Source: a virus. Taken from it: 64,000 bases of DNA. Under the pieces are notes generated by a model. It was not told the origin of the DNA. It saw nothing but the letters and a program-made list of their open reading frames with translations, and searched no databases. Every line of letters begins with the position of its first letter. The stretch's first letter is position 1. A program made the position numbers and the translations under genes. The stretch covers positions 1 through 64,000 of IMG/VR virus record IMGVR_UViG_3300045988_019695; one strand, written 5' to 3'. Shown here piece by piece: positions 51,394 to 63,215 of the stretch.

Positions 51394-53877
51394 TTATTTA
51401 CTTCTAGCAGCTTCTGCATTCGTTTTATTGCGTATGGCCGTGCGAGCCTTAAGTTTCTCGCGTTCATAAGCAGCATCGTCTTTAGCCTTCTACAGCTCTG
51501 TCTCATGCTTCATCTTATCCTTCTCAAGCTAAATCTTCTGATCTTCTATCTCACGCTTCTGCTTAGCTTCGTAACGCTTATTATAAGCCTCTTGATTAAT
51601 CTTCTGCTGTTCAAGAGCCTGTTTGCCAAGTTCAGCGACATCAGGTATTCCGTTATCGTTTTGATCCATATCTTCTGTTCCACGATAAGCATTAATCTGC
51701 GCTACAGCTATCTTAGTCTGATTATCTTGATCAATCTGATATCTCTGAAGATCCATCTGAGCTTCCTATAGCATAAGTTCTTGCTGCTTAGCTTCATTCT
51801 GCATCTGCTGTAACTGCTGTTGCTGTTGTGCTTCTGTCTCTTGCTGCTGTTGCTACATCTGCTCCTGTCTAGTCTACATATCCTTAAGTTTCTGCTTAAT
51901 GATATTGAAGTTGTCGTTTGTAAGAATCTCTGCGGCTTCAAGTAAGCTAGCACCATTCTGCATAGCTGGCTGTATAAGCTGCTGAAGTTTCTGTATGTTC
52001 TCAAGGTCTTTAGATGTATCACTTACGAACACATCCATGTCCTCATAGTAAAACTTAGGAGTAATGTCCAAGAATGCTCTTTCTCCATTATCAAAGATAT
52101 ACTGGAGCTTCTGTTTACCAGTCTCTTCCCAAGCACCCTTAGCTGTATTAAGGAGCATATTAAGTACTCTTCGCTTGCACTGGTTATGAACCCAGAACAA
52201 TGGTTCAGTAATATGTGAGCTCTGTACTACAGATCTTTCTACATTACCTACCATCTCAGATGAGCTTACTGCTCCTTCACGCTGCTATGTAATACCAGAT
52301 ATTGTTCCAGCCAGTTCTTCTATCTTATCCATAAGCTGTATATATTCAGCTATTACGTTAGACATTGTAAGATCCAATGCTGTTATCTGATTAAACTGAG
52401 CAGGCTTGCCACCCTCTCTTCCTGGAATATTCCATCCTTCTTCATATGGGTTAATAAAGTTAACACCAACACTAGACAGATAGTGCATCCATTTAGCTGG
52501 GCTAATATTCATAGACTTAGGAATCTATGTAATATCCATGTTTACAACCTTACCTTTATCTCTAGCGATAGCCAATTCAAGTCTGTACCATAATACAATA
52601 TACATATACTGCAATGGTTTAAGAATGCTAACCAATGATCTAGGCTTACTATTTGTATTGCTATAAATAGCACCACAATAAGGAAGTTTCTGGCTATTAG
52701 GATTATCGATGCTTACATGCTGATATTCAATAGGCTGTATACCAAAGTATAAGTCACTACCAGCCCTGTATCCTTCCCATACCTCTACAATCCAATCTGG
52801 TTCTACGCTAATCTCGTTACCAACAGGTTGATATGTCTCATCAACTATATTGATCTGAGGCTGTCCTGCATCATCTGTAGTAGTTACATAGAATATCTTT
52901 TTGAAAGACTTCCAGCAACAATGCCATACATTTACAAGAGACTTACCAGCTCCCTCGAATATAGGATTATCGTATATACGTAACTGTATACCCATATCAA
53001 CAGGACTTCTATCTCCAAGGTTTCTACCAGGAGTAGAGCCAATCATTTCTTCAAGCTTGTCAAGGTCTTTTTCTTCAAGCTTATCATAATATCTATCGTA
53101 TACTTCTGTAATAGGCATACGCATCTTTCTACAGCACCATGATCCATCTTCGATGAATTCTAAGTCTGGACTCTTATCGTAAGAGAAGTATATAGGATTA
53201 ACTCTTTCGACATACGGTTCTGCATTAAGTACGCCAACATAATAAATTTCTCTACCTGAGATCAATCCATCCTTCCATCCTTTGATAAACTCGTTATCAA
53301 GATCAAGTCTTTCTCTTAGATAGGTAAGCGTATGATACGCCGTATTTTCTACAATATCTTTGTAATCCTTATCCATGTATTTAGCTATCTATTCTGGAGG
53401 CATAACTTCACCAGACTTTAGCTATTCCTGAAACTACTGAGCTTCTTCTGGACTCATTCTAGCTGTGATAGATGCTTCTATATATTGTAGTATCATCTAC
53501 TTCTCTTTCTCCTGCATTTCTGATGTTGCCTCCTATGAAGTTCTGATAACTCTGAAGTTAAGAGGTCTTTTTGTCTCCTCGCCTATAAGCAAGTCTACTT
53601 TAGGTCTTATGATATTAAAGTCATGAGGAGTAGCAGGAAAACCATCCTCGACCTTGAATGGGTTTGTAATTGATTTAAAATCCTTCTCGTCGAAGATGCT
53701 GTTGTATAAATTATAATAGGTCTACAGCTCTCCGTAATATGATGTACTATTTCCTCCAGATGTTACGTTACCTTCACCTATAATATAGTTAACGCAATCT
53801 TCCTGCCACTTCTTTCCTTTCTTTGAAAGAGGGAGCTTTTGTCTGGGGAAAGCTGAATTGTATAAGTTATCTTCCAT
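51394..53877 (-). CDS. Portal protein
   Basis: MEDNLYNSAFPRQKLPLSKKGKKWQEDCVNYIIGEGNVTSGG..; sub-ORFs 52525..53376, 52285..52512, 51874..52254 and 51529..51756 in one frame; Gln-rich C-terminus; TAA at 51394; directly downstream of terL. Confidence 0.75.
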
Positions 53878-53880
53878 GTA

Positions 53881-55944
53881 TTAAAATGTGAATATCGGCA
53901 TACCGTCTTCACTTGTGCTGCTATCTTCTTCAAACCATTGTTTGCTAAATAACGGCATCTCGAAGAGTTCAACCTATTTGTTTTGTTCTTTTGCAGACGA
54001 CACCTTTACCTAATAGAGCTCCTCTCTGTATATCATTACCATACACAAAGCTATTACACGGTCTACATTTCGTACACCATCATTCTCTATAAGCTCTTCT
54101 ATTAGAGGTTCGCTGTATACTCTTTCTACATTAGGGTGACCTTCTTCAAACTCATCTAACAGCCACTCTAATATTAATCCTTCGCCATACGCCCTAATCT
54201 ATTTGGTCATGTGGCATCCTTTTCTTCTTTGTACTTTACTGTCTTTAAAGACTTCAGATATGATTTTATCCGGCTAATCAGCCAAGAGGTAATCGCAGTG
54301 TTTATTCGTAAAGTAAGGGTAGATTCCTTTTCTTTCATTCTCAAATAATAATCTAGCATTGTAGAATGTAAGTAGCTTACGCACATTCTCATAGTATTCT
54401 TCTGCCGTATCTGGTCTTCCAGAATACTCTGCTACTATCACATCTGTCCATGCTTCTCCAGCTCTTACTCTCTTAAATATAAATGTAGAACCAAGAGAGT
54501 TTGTAAAGCTATCGTCGTGATCATATGGGTCGCATCCTCCTATGTATAAACCAAGTGGAGGATCCTTTACTGGGTATTCCCATATAACTACAGAGCCATG
54601 AGGCTTATCTCCCTTCTTAAGAGGGTAGTTGGTTATATCCCCACTAGGCTTTTCTGTAGCCTTTACTTGGCCATTTCCATCCCATTCTAGATCAACTATA
54701 TGCTTCATGCTTTGAAGCTTCTTGTTGGTCCTTATTCTTGTTAACTGATCCATCAATAACTTTCTAGGGAATATATTCTTACCTAGCTCCAATACAGCCT
54801 CTGCTGGTCTTATAGGACGCTCTGATATAAAACGGTCTATTGATTGCTAACTAGCACCTCCGTCCTTTACTTTATTTCTCTGATCTATAAGATTCTGTAT
54901 AGCTTTCTCTTTATAGCTATTTCCATCCTTATCCATGTAAACCTAATTGCCATCATCGTCGAATGACTCTAGGTTTGAATATGCTGGAACAAAGAATGCG
55001 CATTCAGTGTTCTCTCTACCTTCGTCCCATATATTAGGAAAGCTGAGAACATTGTAAGACTTAGGCTTGTAGAATAACTCTTTCAATCCTTCAAAGCTAG
55101 CACCTTCTGTACCACCGGTACCAAATGCTATCATCAATCCGAACGCTTTACCATCATCGGTTTCTACTGAAGGCTGCTCTATACGCCATGCATCAAGAAG
55201 GCTAGGGAACTTACCTCCCTCCTCCCATAGTACAAGCTTAGCACGAGTACCACGCACACGCTCTGGGTCATTCTTAAGTGTTATACCTGTTATACTGGAC
55301 AGATATCCTTGCTCTGTCTACTTACCAAACTCATCTGTAATCTTATAACCTGATGTTCTCTCCATACGTGTAGACACAAGTCTTTGCTTAGCCCACGCTG
55401 TATGTTTATCAAGGAAGTCCATTATCTGCCAGGCTTTAGTTAACAAACCATCACCTATAAGGAATTTCTACTCTGACGCTATAGCAAAGTTCTTTGAGCC
55501 AGGTATAAGCATATAGTTTCTAACCAACATAGATCCTCCCTTAAATGAGTATCCTCTCTGTCTGCATTTAAGTACAGCCATATGTTTACCTTCAAGCTCT
55601 GCTTGTTCTATAGCGCAAAAATAATAGTAATCATAGTCCCAAAAACTAGGGAACTCAAGTATACGTTGTCTTCTCTTTCTTAGGTTACCCTCTCTATCTG
55701 TATACTCTTCTTCCTTAAGTCGCATGATTGGACTATAATTTAGATAGAAGTAGTTGTATCCGGTTATACCTTCGCCATCTGGAGCTGTATAACCATTAAG
55801 GCATCTATCTGTTTCTTGCTCCCAATATTTGTTATAATCAGTAGTACCTCTAGGAGCTAAGGTATAGCATCCATGTTGCTGAAAGAATATAGCTGCCTAT
55901 CTGAACTTATCAGTATCATGGAGCTTCTAATTAAAGTCTATCAT
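53881..55944 (-). CDS. terL: Terminase large subunit
   Basis: Sub-ORFs 55468..55725, 54943..55257 and 54274..54792 in one frame; ATPase-like HMAVLKCRQRGYSFKGGSML, RAKLVLWEEGGKF; nuclease-like GLYIGGCDPYDHDD; TAA at 53881. Confidence 0.85.
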
Positions 55945-55946
55945 AA

Positions 55947-56456
55947 TTATTCGTACATACCAATAACGCCACCACCCTTGACTCTACCGGTTTCTGCTTG
56001 TTCTGCCTTTGCCTACTTCATAGCCATGTCTAATGATTTGATAATACCGCTAACATCTTTCAATATTGCTGAAAGCTTCTTAGCTGTATCTATATCAAGC
56101 TCTTCTTCAGCATAGCTATCCATCGTGTTCATAATGCCCTCTGCTGCGCTCTTAGAAGATTTAAGCAAGCGGGTAGCAGGAGTCTCTTGGAACTCCTGGA
56201 ACCTTTTTGCTAATTCTTTTATAACGTCATCAGGTTTATAATTCTCATCATTAAGTACATCTTTAGCCACTCTCCATGTGCGTTCTTTCTCTGGATATGC
56301 CTCATATGGGCTATTCCATTTATATCTCCACACTATGAATTCGATCTTCTTTAATGCGTCTTGTTTATCTTTAGCATTGTTATAGAAGTCTTTAAATGGT
56401 GGTATAGCTAAATCTTCTGTACTTAACTGTATTTTATTTTGTATGATGTCAAACAT
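55947..56456 (-). CDS. Small protein upstream of terL (small terminase candidate by position)
   Basis: MFDIIQNKIQLSTEDLAIPPFKDFYNNAKDKQDALKKIEFIVWRY..; TAG at 56013 read through to TAA at 55947. Confidence 0.55.
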
Positions 56457-59400
56457 TACTTAAATAATCTTTTAAGCCAGTTTATCTTTATGGTAGAAAG
56501 TGTTCAGTAAGATTTTTATTTCTAATTTCGTATACGGCGTCAGAACTTCCTGTTCCATGATTAATAAACCAACCAGATAACGTAGATGACAAATTAGGGC
56601 TTTCTGTATCAGATGCAGACATTACATATATACCATTATTTGTATTATTATTAAATGTTACACTATCCTACTCAATGCGTGTATATGGAATAGATCCTGA
56701 TGATGAACCAGAAGTGCCTGCAATATAATAAGTAAATGATCCAGTAGGCTTGTCAACTTTTGAAATCTTAGCCCAAGACTTATTAGTTGTAATAACATTC
56801 AATGTTCCACCAATTTCGCCAGATGGAGATTGAGATGGAATAGTCTAAACGTATACCGAGCCGGTAATAGCTACAGTTCCTTGCATATTCTTAGTACCAT
56901 TTGTAAATGATGCTTTATTATAAACCTCTACACCAAATAAATATCCATATGTAAGGAATGTGTATATTCCAACCTAATACAATATTGTGCTATTATCTAC
57001 CTTCTTATAATATGTTCCACTAACAGGAGTCTTCATTGTAGCATCCGTATAGTACTTGTTATCTTTTATGGTAAATGTTCCTACCTGACTAAAGCTTAAG
57101 TTTGTATCAGATCCTCTCTTCTGATACCATGTTTCAGTACTATCTGCTGCATTACTATTAATCCAATCTGGTTTACCATTTGTTATTCCAAGATGCCATG
57201 TTGTACCATTTATTACAAAATATATAGTTCCGTTATCAAGTACTATTTTATTAGTAGTACCACTTGTAAGAACACCAGTATTAGTAACTGTAAATGGAGC
57301 TGTATCAAGGCTATTGCCATCTAATGGGCCTGCCCAAATTCTTACATCTCCCTTGTTTATATTAGGATCTAATTTTGAGCTAGTAACATTTCTGCTAGAT
57401 GTCATACCAGCAACAATATCTTCACCATCAAATACCACTACTTCATTTGTAGATAATTCTTTAATAAAGCCTTGGTTTGCAATAATTCTCTATGCTACAA
57501 TATCTGGAGACAACGAGAATGCTGACCAATAAGAAGCAACGTCTGGATAGGTAGACCAATTGTTGTTTTCTCCAGCTTCTGTATTCACACAAGCGTAATA
57601 TACATTATTATATAATACGACGTCCTGATAGAATACACCATCTTCGTCTGACGCTCTCTTGCCATCAAGGTATTTGGTGTTTATTACATGCGAACCTCTC
57701 ATTCTCAAAGGACTTCCATTCATAGTCTAACCTGTAGAAGCATTGCCATCTTTACCAGCAGCTGAAATAGGAATAGTAATAGAGTCTATAAATGCTCCGT
57801 TGCTATTATTTATGATTATCTAAATAGTGGCAGAGCTACTTGAAACTTCTCCGGATATAGAGCAATTCCATTGGTTATTACCTTTTGTTGGAGCAGTAAC
57901 TGTAATACTAGGATTTGTACTTACGTTGCAGTTATAACCAGAAGTTTCCTATAAAGCATAATCAGCATTACCTTCTTTCTTATAGAGCTTAACAGTAAAT
58001 GTAGAAGAGATATTATATTTATTACTCTCATTGGCCTTATAATTAAGCGACATATCAGATACCTCTATCTTATATGTAACACCATTAATACCATCTACTG
58101 CTGGAGCCTTTATAATAGGAACATATTCTTTGAAATCAAGATTACCATTTTGAGCTCTAAAGTACATTCCATTTTCTCCCTATGTCTATATCTCTTTCTG
58201 TGATATAGGGTGCCAACTTGTACCTCCATCTTCAGAATACGAGAATGTCCAGTCTGATGTTTCGTTAGGGTAGATCTATGTTACCTTATTGCCATCACTC
58301 TTTGTAATGAAACAACTAATCGTACTAGGGTATAAAGAACCATCCTGATAGTTGATGGCGGAAGCATTAGTGTCAAGTCTGTACGAAACAGCATCTGTAC
58401 CAGAACCATTTACAATCCCATAGAACTGAATATCAACGTATCTAATATTAGACTGTATTGCTGTATCTGTTGGCGTAAGCTTAACTCTAAGAGTCCAATA
58501 CTTACCATCAGACATATTCAGACTACCTTCTGGAATAGTCATTGAAATTGTGTTATTATCATAGCTAAACCAAGTATTCCAGCCTGATATAGTTGAATTA
58601 TCTGAACACTTAAAACTTTCAAACTTATGGTTAAAGCTAATCTCTGTACCACTATTATATAAATGCAATCCAGCTGTACCTGAGTATTCTTTGTTTGTAC
58701 CATCGTCTAGCAAATATAAATATTTAGTCTCTCCGATTACGTCAGCAGTAATAGCATTTGACACACCATCTTTAGCATGATAAGCCCATAATGTTGGGTT
58801 GCTATACTAGTGCCAATAAGCATCTTCTGTCTCAGAGCTACTTGGATTATCATCATTTCTCTTCTTTCTTACAGACACCCATGCTGTGCCACCTTGAGGA
58901 ACTTCCTATGGATCGTCAGTCCATGTACCTTTAGATTCTTCTTTTATATACTCGTCTTTATTGAATGACTCGTGATTTGTATCAGCTTTTGATGCTGCAT
59001 TGTCATACCAATCATGTGGATTGTCTGTAGGAGCTTGCTTTGTTTGAGATATAGCAAAGATATACTCTACGCCATCTCCGTCTGTACCATTGTCTCCATA
59101 ATGAGACCAAAGAATAGGTTCTGACCAGATGCTCCATGTTTCTACATCTTTAACTCTTATTGAAACCCATTCGTTTACAAATTTCGAAGTTACACCCTGT
59201 GGGTTATCTGTCCATCCAGAAGGATTATCACCCTATGGTCTTTCGAAAGTCTGCCCTTTTACACCCTATCTATAAATGAATTCTCTATTTGACTAATCTG
59301 TTCCAGCACTAGTACCATCTTCTCCGGTAATACAAATAGGTGTAATATACTATCCATAATTACCATCAGAATCGATGAATACCTATGTCATCCATACATG

Positions 59401-60285
59401 CTGATTAGGGGCTCTATTTATGCTATGCTCAGTCCATCCTGAACCGCCTCCAGGAGCTGCGCCTGCATTTGGAGTCTAGACGCTAGTAGTGTTCTTATCT
59501 ACACATTTGAAGTAAACTTTATATCTACCACCATCTTTACCAGTACCAGAACCAGAAGAACCGCCATCAATTTTAATGACGCCATTTCCATTTGGATCAT
59601 ACAGTGTATATTGATTACCATCAATCTGGAGTTTCTTAAGCTTGTTTATCTCAGCGTATTTAGTAAGCTCATTAGCAAGCTATTCTTTAGTGACAAGTTT
59701 GCTTGTATCAATGCCACCTGAAACGATAGATACTGTGAATTCTCCACCGTTCTTCTGCTTAAGAACAAGCTGACCATTAGCAGAATTATAGTTAAATGAT
59801 TCAATGCTGTAGTCTTTACCGCCTGTTACCTTAATATTGTTTATCTCTGTTGTAAGATTATTGATCTTGTTCTGTATGTCATTCTTAATAGTATCAAGAT
59901 CAGCCTTAAGAGCATACTTACTAAGATCTGCCGTATCATTCTTAATCTTAGCTACAAGCTCATTTACATATTCTATAGTAGCATATTTAGCTAATACATT
60001 GTCACCAAAGCCCAAATCGTAAAGAATGAGCTTAACCTTCTTATCAAGGTCTTCTTCAAGCTCGTCGAGCCTCTCTTCATGTTTATCTACCATTGTCTTA
60101 ATGAGATCAACAACATCCTGGTTAGCTTTATTATCCCACTTATCTTTATCTTCTTTAGATACTGGTTCGCTGTCAGCGTTCTTATTCATCACCTTTGAAA
60201 GGAGAGACGAATACTACTGAGCAGCTTCTAAGTGACCATTATGATGACATGCACATTCATGGTCGCAATAATCAAAATCTACCAT
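56449..60285 (-). CDS. Large head/tail fibre or adhesin-type protein, ~1,279 codons, Cys/His-rich N-terminus
   Basis: MVDFDYCDHECACHHNGHLEAAQQYSSLLSKVMNKNADSEP..; sub-ORFs 59680..60192, 58276..58764, 57949..58167, 57490..57723 and 56974..57438 in one frame; TGA at 56449. Confidence 0.7.
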
Positions 60286-60315
60286 ATTAATTTGTTTAAA
60301 TTGTTAACAATTATA

Positions 60316-60529
60316 GTACTGTGGTGTCATTGAAGACCACGTCTAAAACGCCACAGTTATAGGTTAAATGAAATCGTTCTAATCTAGCGTATTACTACGC
60401 AAGCCCTAGTATATTCCACCTAGGGGTGATAAAAGTCCTACCCTGGTACGCATTTGAAAAGAGGCGTGGTAGAATCTATTGTGCTAGGCGGGGCAGCGAA
60501 CCCCGTCATGCTTTCATTAAGACCTAGCC
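60316..60529 (-). ncRNA. Candidate structured noncoding region
   Basis: Gap between genes with several inverted repeats: ACTGTGG/CCACAGT (60318/60351), GCGTA/TACGC (60387/60396), CCCTAG/CTAGGG (60404/60420), GCTAGG..CCTAGC enclosing CGGGG-TTCGCTG-CCCCG (60483..60528). Confidence 0.4.
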
Positions 60530-61825
60530 TTATGCAGCATCTTCTTGATGTTTAGCTTCAAGTGCTGCAATACGAGCTTCAAGTGCTGCAATCTTTTCAT
60601 AATATACAGACTTTGTAATAAACTCGCTATCATTAGTAAGCTGACTAACCTTTGTAGGAACAGTAGGAAGTTCAACCTTCTTAGCATACTCTTCAAGAGA
60701 CTGATGTTCTGTAAGGTAATTACCTTTAGGCTGTTTTGTATCAATAGCAGAATTCAGTATACCAACCTGTTCATTAAGAGCTGTTGTAAGAACATAATTA
60801 CTAAGTGCTGTAGTATCAGCTTTAGCATTTATAAGGTTCTGGAGATACGATTCCTGACCATTAGCACGCTCAACTTCTGTTCTAATAGCTTCATTGATAG
60901 CTGTTTCTGCAGTTGTAGCTCTAGATGCTTCATTCTGAATAGCGAGAGCATTATCACCTTCAACTTCCTTAGCTCTAGCAGCCTCTGCTGCAATCTCAGC
61001 CTTATTCTATGCTTCTGCTGCCTTAGCTCTTGTAATCTCTTCATTAAGGGCAACTGTAGTAGCCTTAGTAGCAATAGCATCATTAATAGCTGTATGCAGA
61101 TCATCATTACTATTAAGCTTATCTGCAATCTCCTTCAATGTATCATAAGCCTCTGGAGCTGCGCCAACTACATCAGCTATAGCTTTTCTGAATGAACCTT
61201 CAGTTGTAGAGTCACCATTAATAATATCCACCTCTGCTTTGATCTCATTCTCCTTAGCAGTAGCACGTGTTACCTCAGCATTGAGGTTATCCTTAATTGT
61301 ATTGTCGTCATTCTCACGCTTTGTAGCCTCAGCCTGTATGTCTGAAGAAAGAGCATTCTCACTAGCCTTAGCACGATTAACTTCAGCTGTAAGATCATTG
61401 CGAAGCTGAGTATCAGCGTTTACTCTTTCCTGCTTCTCTGTATCAATGTTCTACTGAAGTACATTATCTCTTTCATTTGACTCTATCTCCTTCTGATCAA
61501 TCTTATCATCAAGAGTATTATCTCCCTAGATTCTATTAGCAGTCTCTTCCTCTGCCTTTTCTTGGAATACATCAAATCTATGATTTGTAGTATCTCTAAA
61601 ATTATGGATTTCATTTACAATCTCTTCAAGGGAATCATGATTATTATCAACATTGCCCTTAAGTTCATCAAACGCCTGGATTACTGCATTAGCATCCATG
61701 ATATCACCACGTACGTACTCACCTGCATGCTCACCCATCAAGAGGTTAACTGTTCTTGTACCAACATCCTTGGCGCCATGTACCTATACACCTACCAAAG
61801 GTGTCTTAATAAATTTCTTCTTCAT
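60530..61825 (-). CDS. Coiled-coil fibre protein
   Basis: MKKKFIKTPLVGVQVHGAKDVGTRTVNLLMGEHAGEYVRGDIMDANAVIQAFDEL..; includes 61526..61741 and 61007..61231; heptad-like repeats; TAA at 60530. Confidence 0.7.
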
Positions 61826-61910
61826 TATATATAATGTCTAATTTGATATGTGTCTAAACAGTAAAAGGGAACTACCTTTCGGTAATCCCCTTTACGTAAG
61901 TGAATTAGGC

Positions 61911-62462
61911 CTATCCTTCACTTACCTCAGCACCTTCTTGTGCCGCCGCTGGCTCTGGTACGGACTCAACCTGTTCCTTAAGCTGTGACTGAGTTCCCGT
62001 AGCTGCGCTAGATTCATTCTCATTATCTGTGCCAGTAGAACCAAATCCACCCTCACCTCTCTCTGTAGGTGTAAGCTCTGAAACTTCTGTAATTTCGTAC
62101 TCTGGTACAGGAACTATGACTAACTGACAGAATCTCTCTCCCTTCTGATATACTGCAGGGATTGCATCTGTTGTTGCCTTCATGACAGCCAGGATCTCAC
62201 CTCTGTAGTCACTGTCTATCACTCCGACATTATCTGTAAGCCATAATGATTTCTTCCAAATACTAGAGCGTGGTATAAGTAAACCAACATATCCGGCAGG
62301 AATCTCAACTGCCAATCCTGTATGGTAAACCAACATTAGCTGATTTGCTTCATTAATAACTGTATCTATCTTAATGCAAGTCAAATCAATTCCTGCAGCA
62401 CCTTTTGTGCCACGAATAGGAAGGATTGCTTTATCCTCAAGTCTCTTAAATTTTAACTCCAT
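61911..62462 (-). CDS. dut: dUTPase
   Basis: KGAAGIDLTC, PRSSIWKKSLWLTDNVGVIDSDYRGEI, KGERFCQLVIVP, RGEGGFGSTG; TAG-free. Confidence 0.9.
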   Translation of the reverse strand: MELKFKRLEDKAILPIRGTKGAAGIDLTCIKIDTVINEANQLMLVYHTGLAVEIPAGYVGLLIPRSSIWKKSLWLTDNVGVIDSDYRGEILAVMKATTDAIPAVYQKGERFCQLVIVPVPEYEITEVSELTPTERGEGGFGSTGTDNENESSAATGTQSQLKEQVESVPEPAAAQEGAEVSEG

Positions 62463-62487
62463 AGTATTTATAATATGTTTATTATTG

Positions 62488-62512
62488 TTACCCCACTAGG
62501 ATTCGAACCCAG
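62488..62512 (-). other. tRNA T-arm plus 3' acceptor-like remnant
   Basis: Minus CTGGG-TTCGAAT-CCTAG followed by TGGGGTA-A, directly downstream of the HNH gene; no 5' half with TACCCCA found nearby. Confidence 0.5.
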
Positions 62513-62531
62513 ACTAAACATAATCTTTTAA

Positions 62532-62960
62532 CTAGTCTATTGTAAGATTGTAGAAGTGAAGTTTTCTATGGCAATTTGCACATAGTACAACACATTTGTC
62601 AACTTCGTTTTTTATAGAAGCAACACCTTTGTCTCTACATTGGCTTCCTATGCTAAAAGACTTATCATGAAGATGATGAAAATCTAAGCAAGCTTGATCT
62701 TTTTCTCCACATATGATACAACCGTTAGATTTTAGTTGTCTCATATATTGTGTTAAAAATTTCTTATAAGATCTATGCTTTTTATATATATCATTCTTGT
62801 TCTTTTTGTAATATTCCTCATAATATTTATGTTTGCATTCCTTGCATTGAGGTGATAGGCCATCAGGTTTGCTACTATTCTTCGCAAACTGATCAAGTGG
62901 TTTTTCTATACCACATTTAGTGCATACTTTTGTTTTCATGTAAAAATATTTAATACGCAC
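62532..62960 (-). CDS. HNH endonuclease
   Basis: CTKCGIEKPLDQFAKNSS..GLSPQCKECKHKYY..CIICGEKDQACLDFHHLHDKSFSIG..VVLCANCHRKLHFYNLTID; paired CxxC and HH..N/H motifs. Confidence 0.85.
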   Translation of the reverse strand: MRIKYFYMKTKVCTKCGIEKPLDQFAKNSSKPDGLSPQCKECKHKYYEEYYKKNKNDIYKKHRSYKKFLTQYMRQLKSNGCIICGEKDQACLDFHHLHDKSFSIGSQCRDKGVASIKNEVDKCVVLCANCHRKLHFYNLTID

Positions 62961-62982
62961 CTCTAACCTACGTATTTATTAG

Positions 62983-63055
62983 TAGCCCCACTCCGTGTCC
63001 ATCGGAGACCTACTGTTTTAGAGACAGTTGTGCACAGGCGGTACACCATAGGGCA
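62983..63055 (-). tRNA. tRNA-Sup(CUA), candidate TAG suppressor, probably Gln-charged
   Basis: TGCCCTA TG GTGT ACCGCCTGT GCAC A ACTGT CTCTAAA ACAGT AGGT CTCCG ATGGACA CGGAG TGGGGCT A. D stem 4 bp, anticodon stem 5 bp, T stem 5 bp, acceptor 6 of 7 with U1/U72 mismatch; anticodon CTA. Confidence 0.8.
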
Positions 63056-63061
63056 ATATAT

Positions 63062-63134
63062 GAGGACGCAGTGGAATCGAACCACTGTCTCTAAATCTTC
63101 AAATTTAGAAAGTTAACCATTACTACAACACCCT
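63062..63134 (-). tRNA. tRNA, probably Phe(GAA), with enlarged (8-nt) anticodon loop
   Basis: Minus AGGGTGT..TAGT AATGGTTA ACTT..CTAAA-TTTGAAGA-TTTAG..AGTGG TTCGATT CCACT GCGTCCT. Confidence 0.65.
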
Positions 63135-63145
63135 CATTCTGTTGT

Positions 63146-63215
63146 TGCGGAGGACGGATTCGGACCGCCGACCTTTAGGTTATGAGCCTAACGAGCCACC
63201 ACTGCTCCACTCCGC
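63146..63215 (-). tRNA. tRNA-Met(CAT)
   Basis: GCGGAGTGGAGCAGTGGTGGCTCGTTAGGCTCATAACCTAAAGGTCGGCGGTCCGAATCCGTCCTCCGCA; anticodon arm TTAGG-CTCATAA-CCTAA. Confidence 0.85.

Noticed and set aside
60517-61128. Minus ORFs 60517..60744 and 60829..61128 as genes
   Set aside because: They are in a different frame from the coherent coiled-coil gene 60530..61825; their QLKKQR-type composition is an out-of-frame artefact of the heptad repeats.
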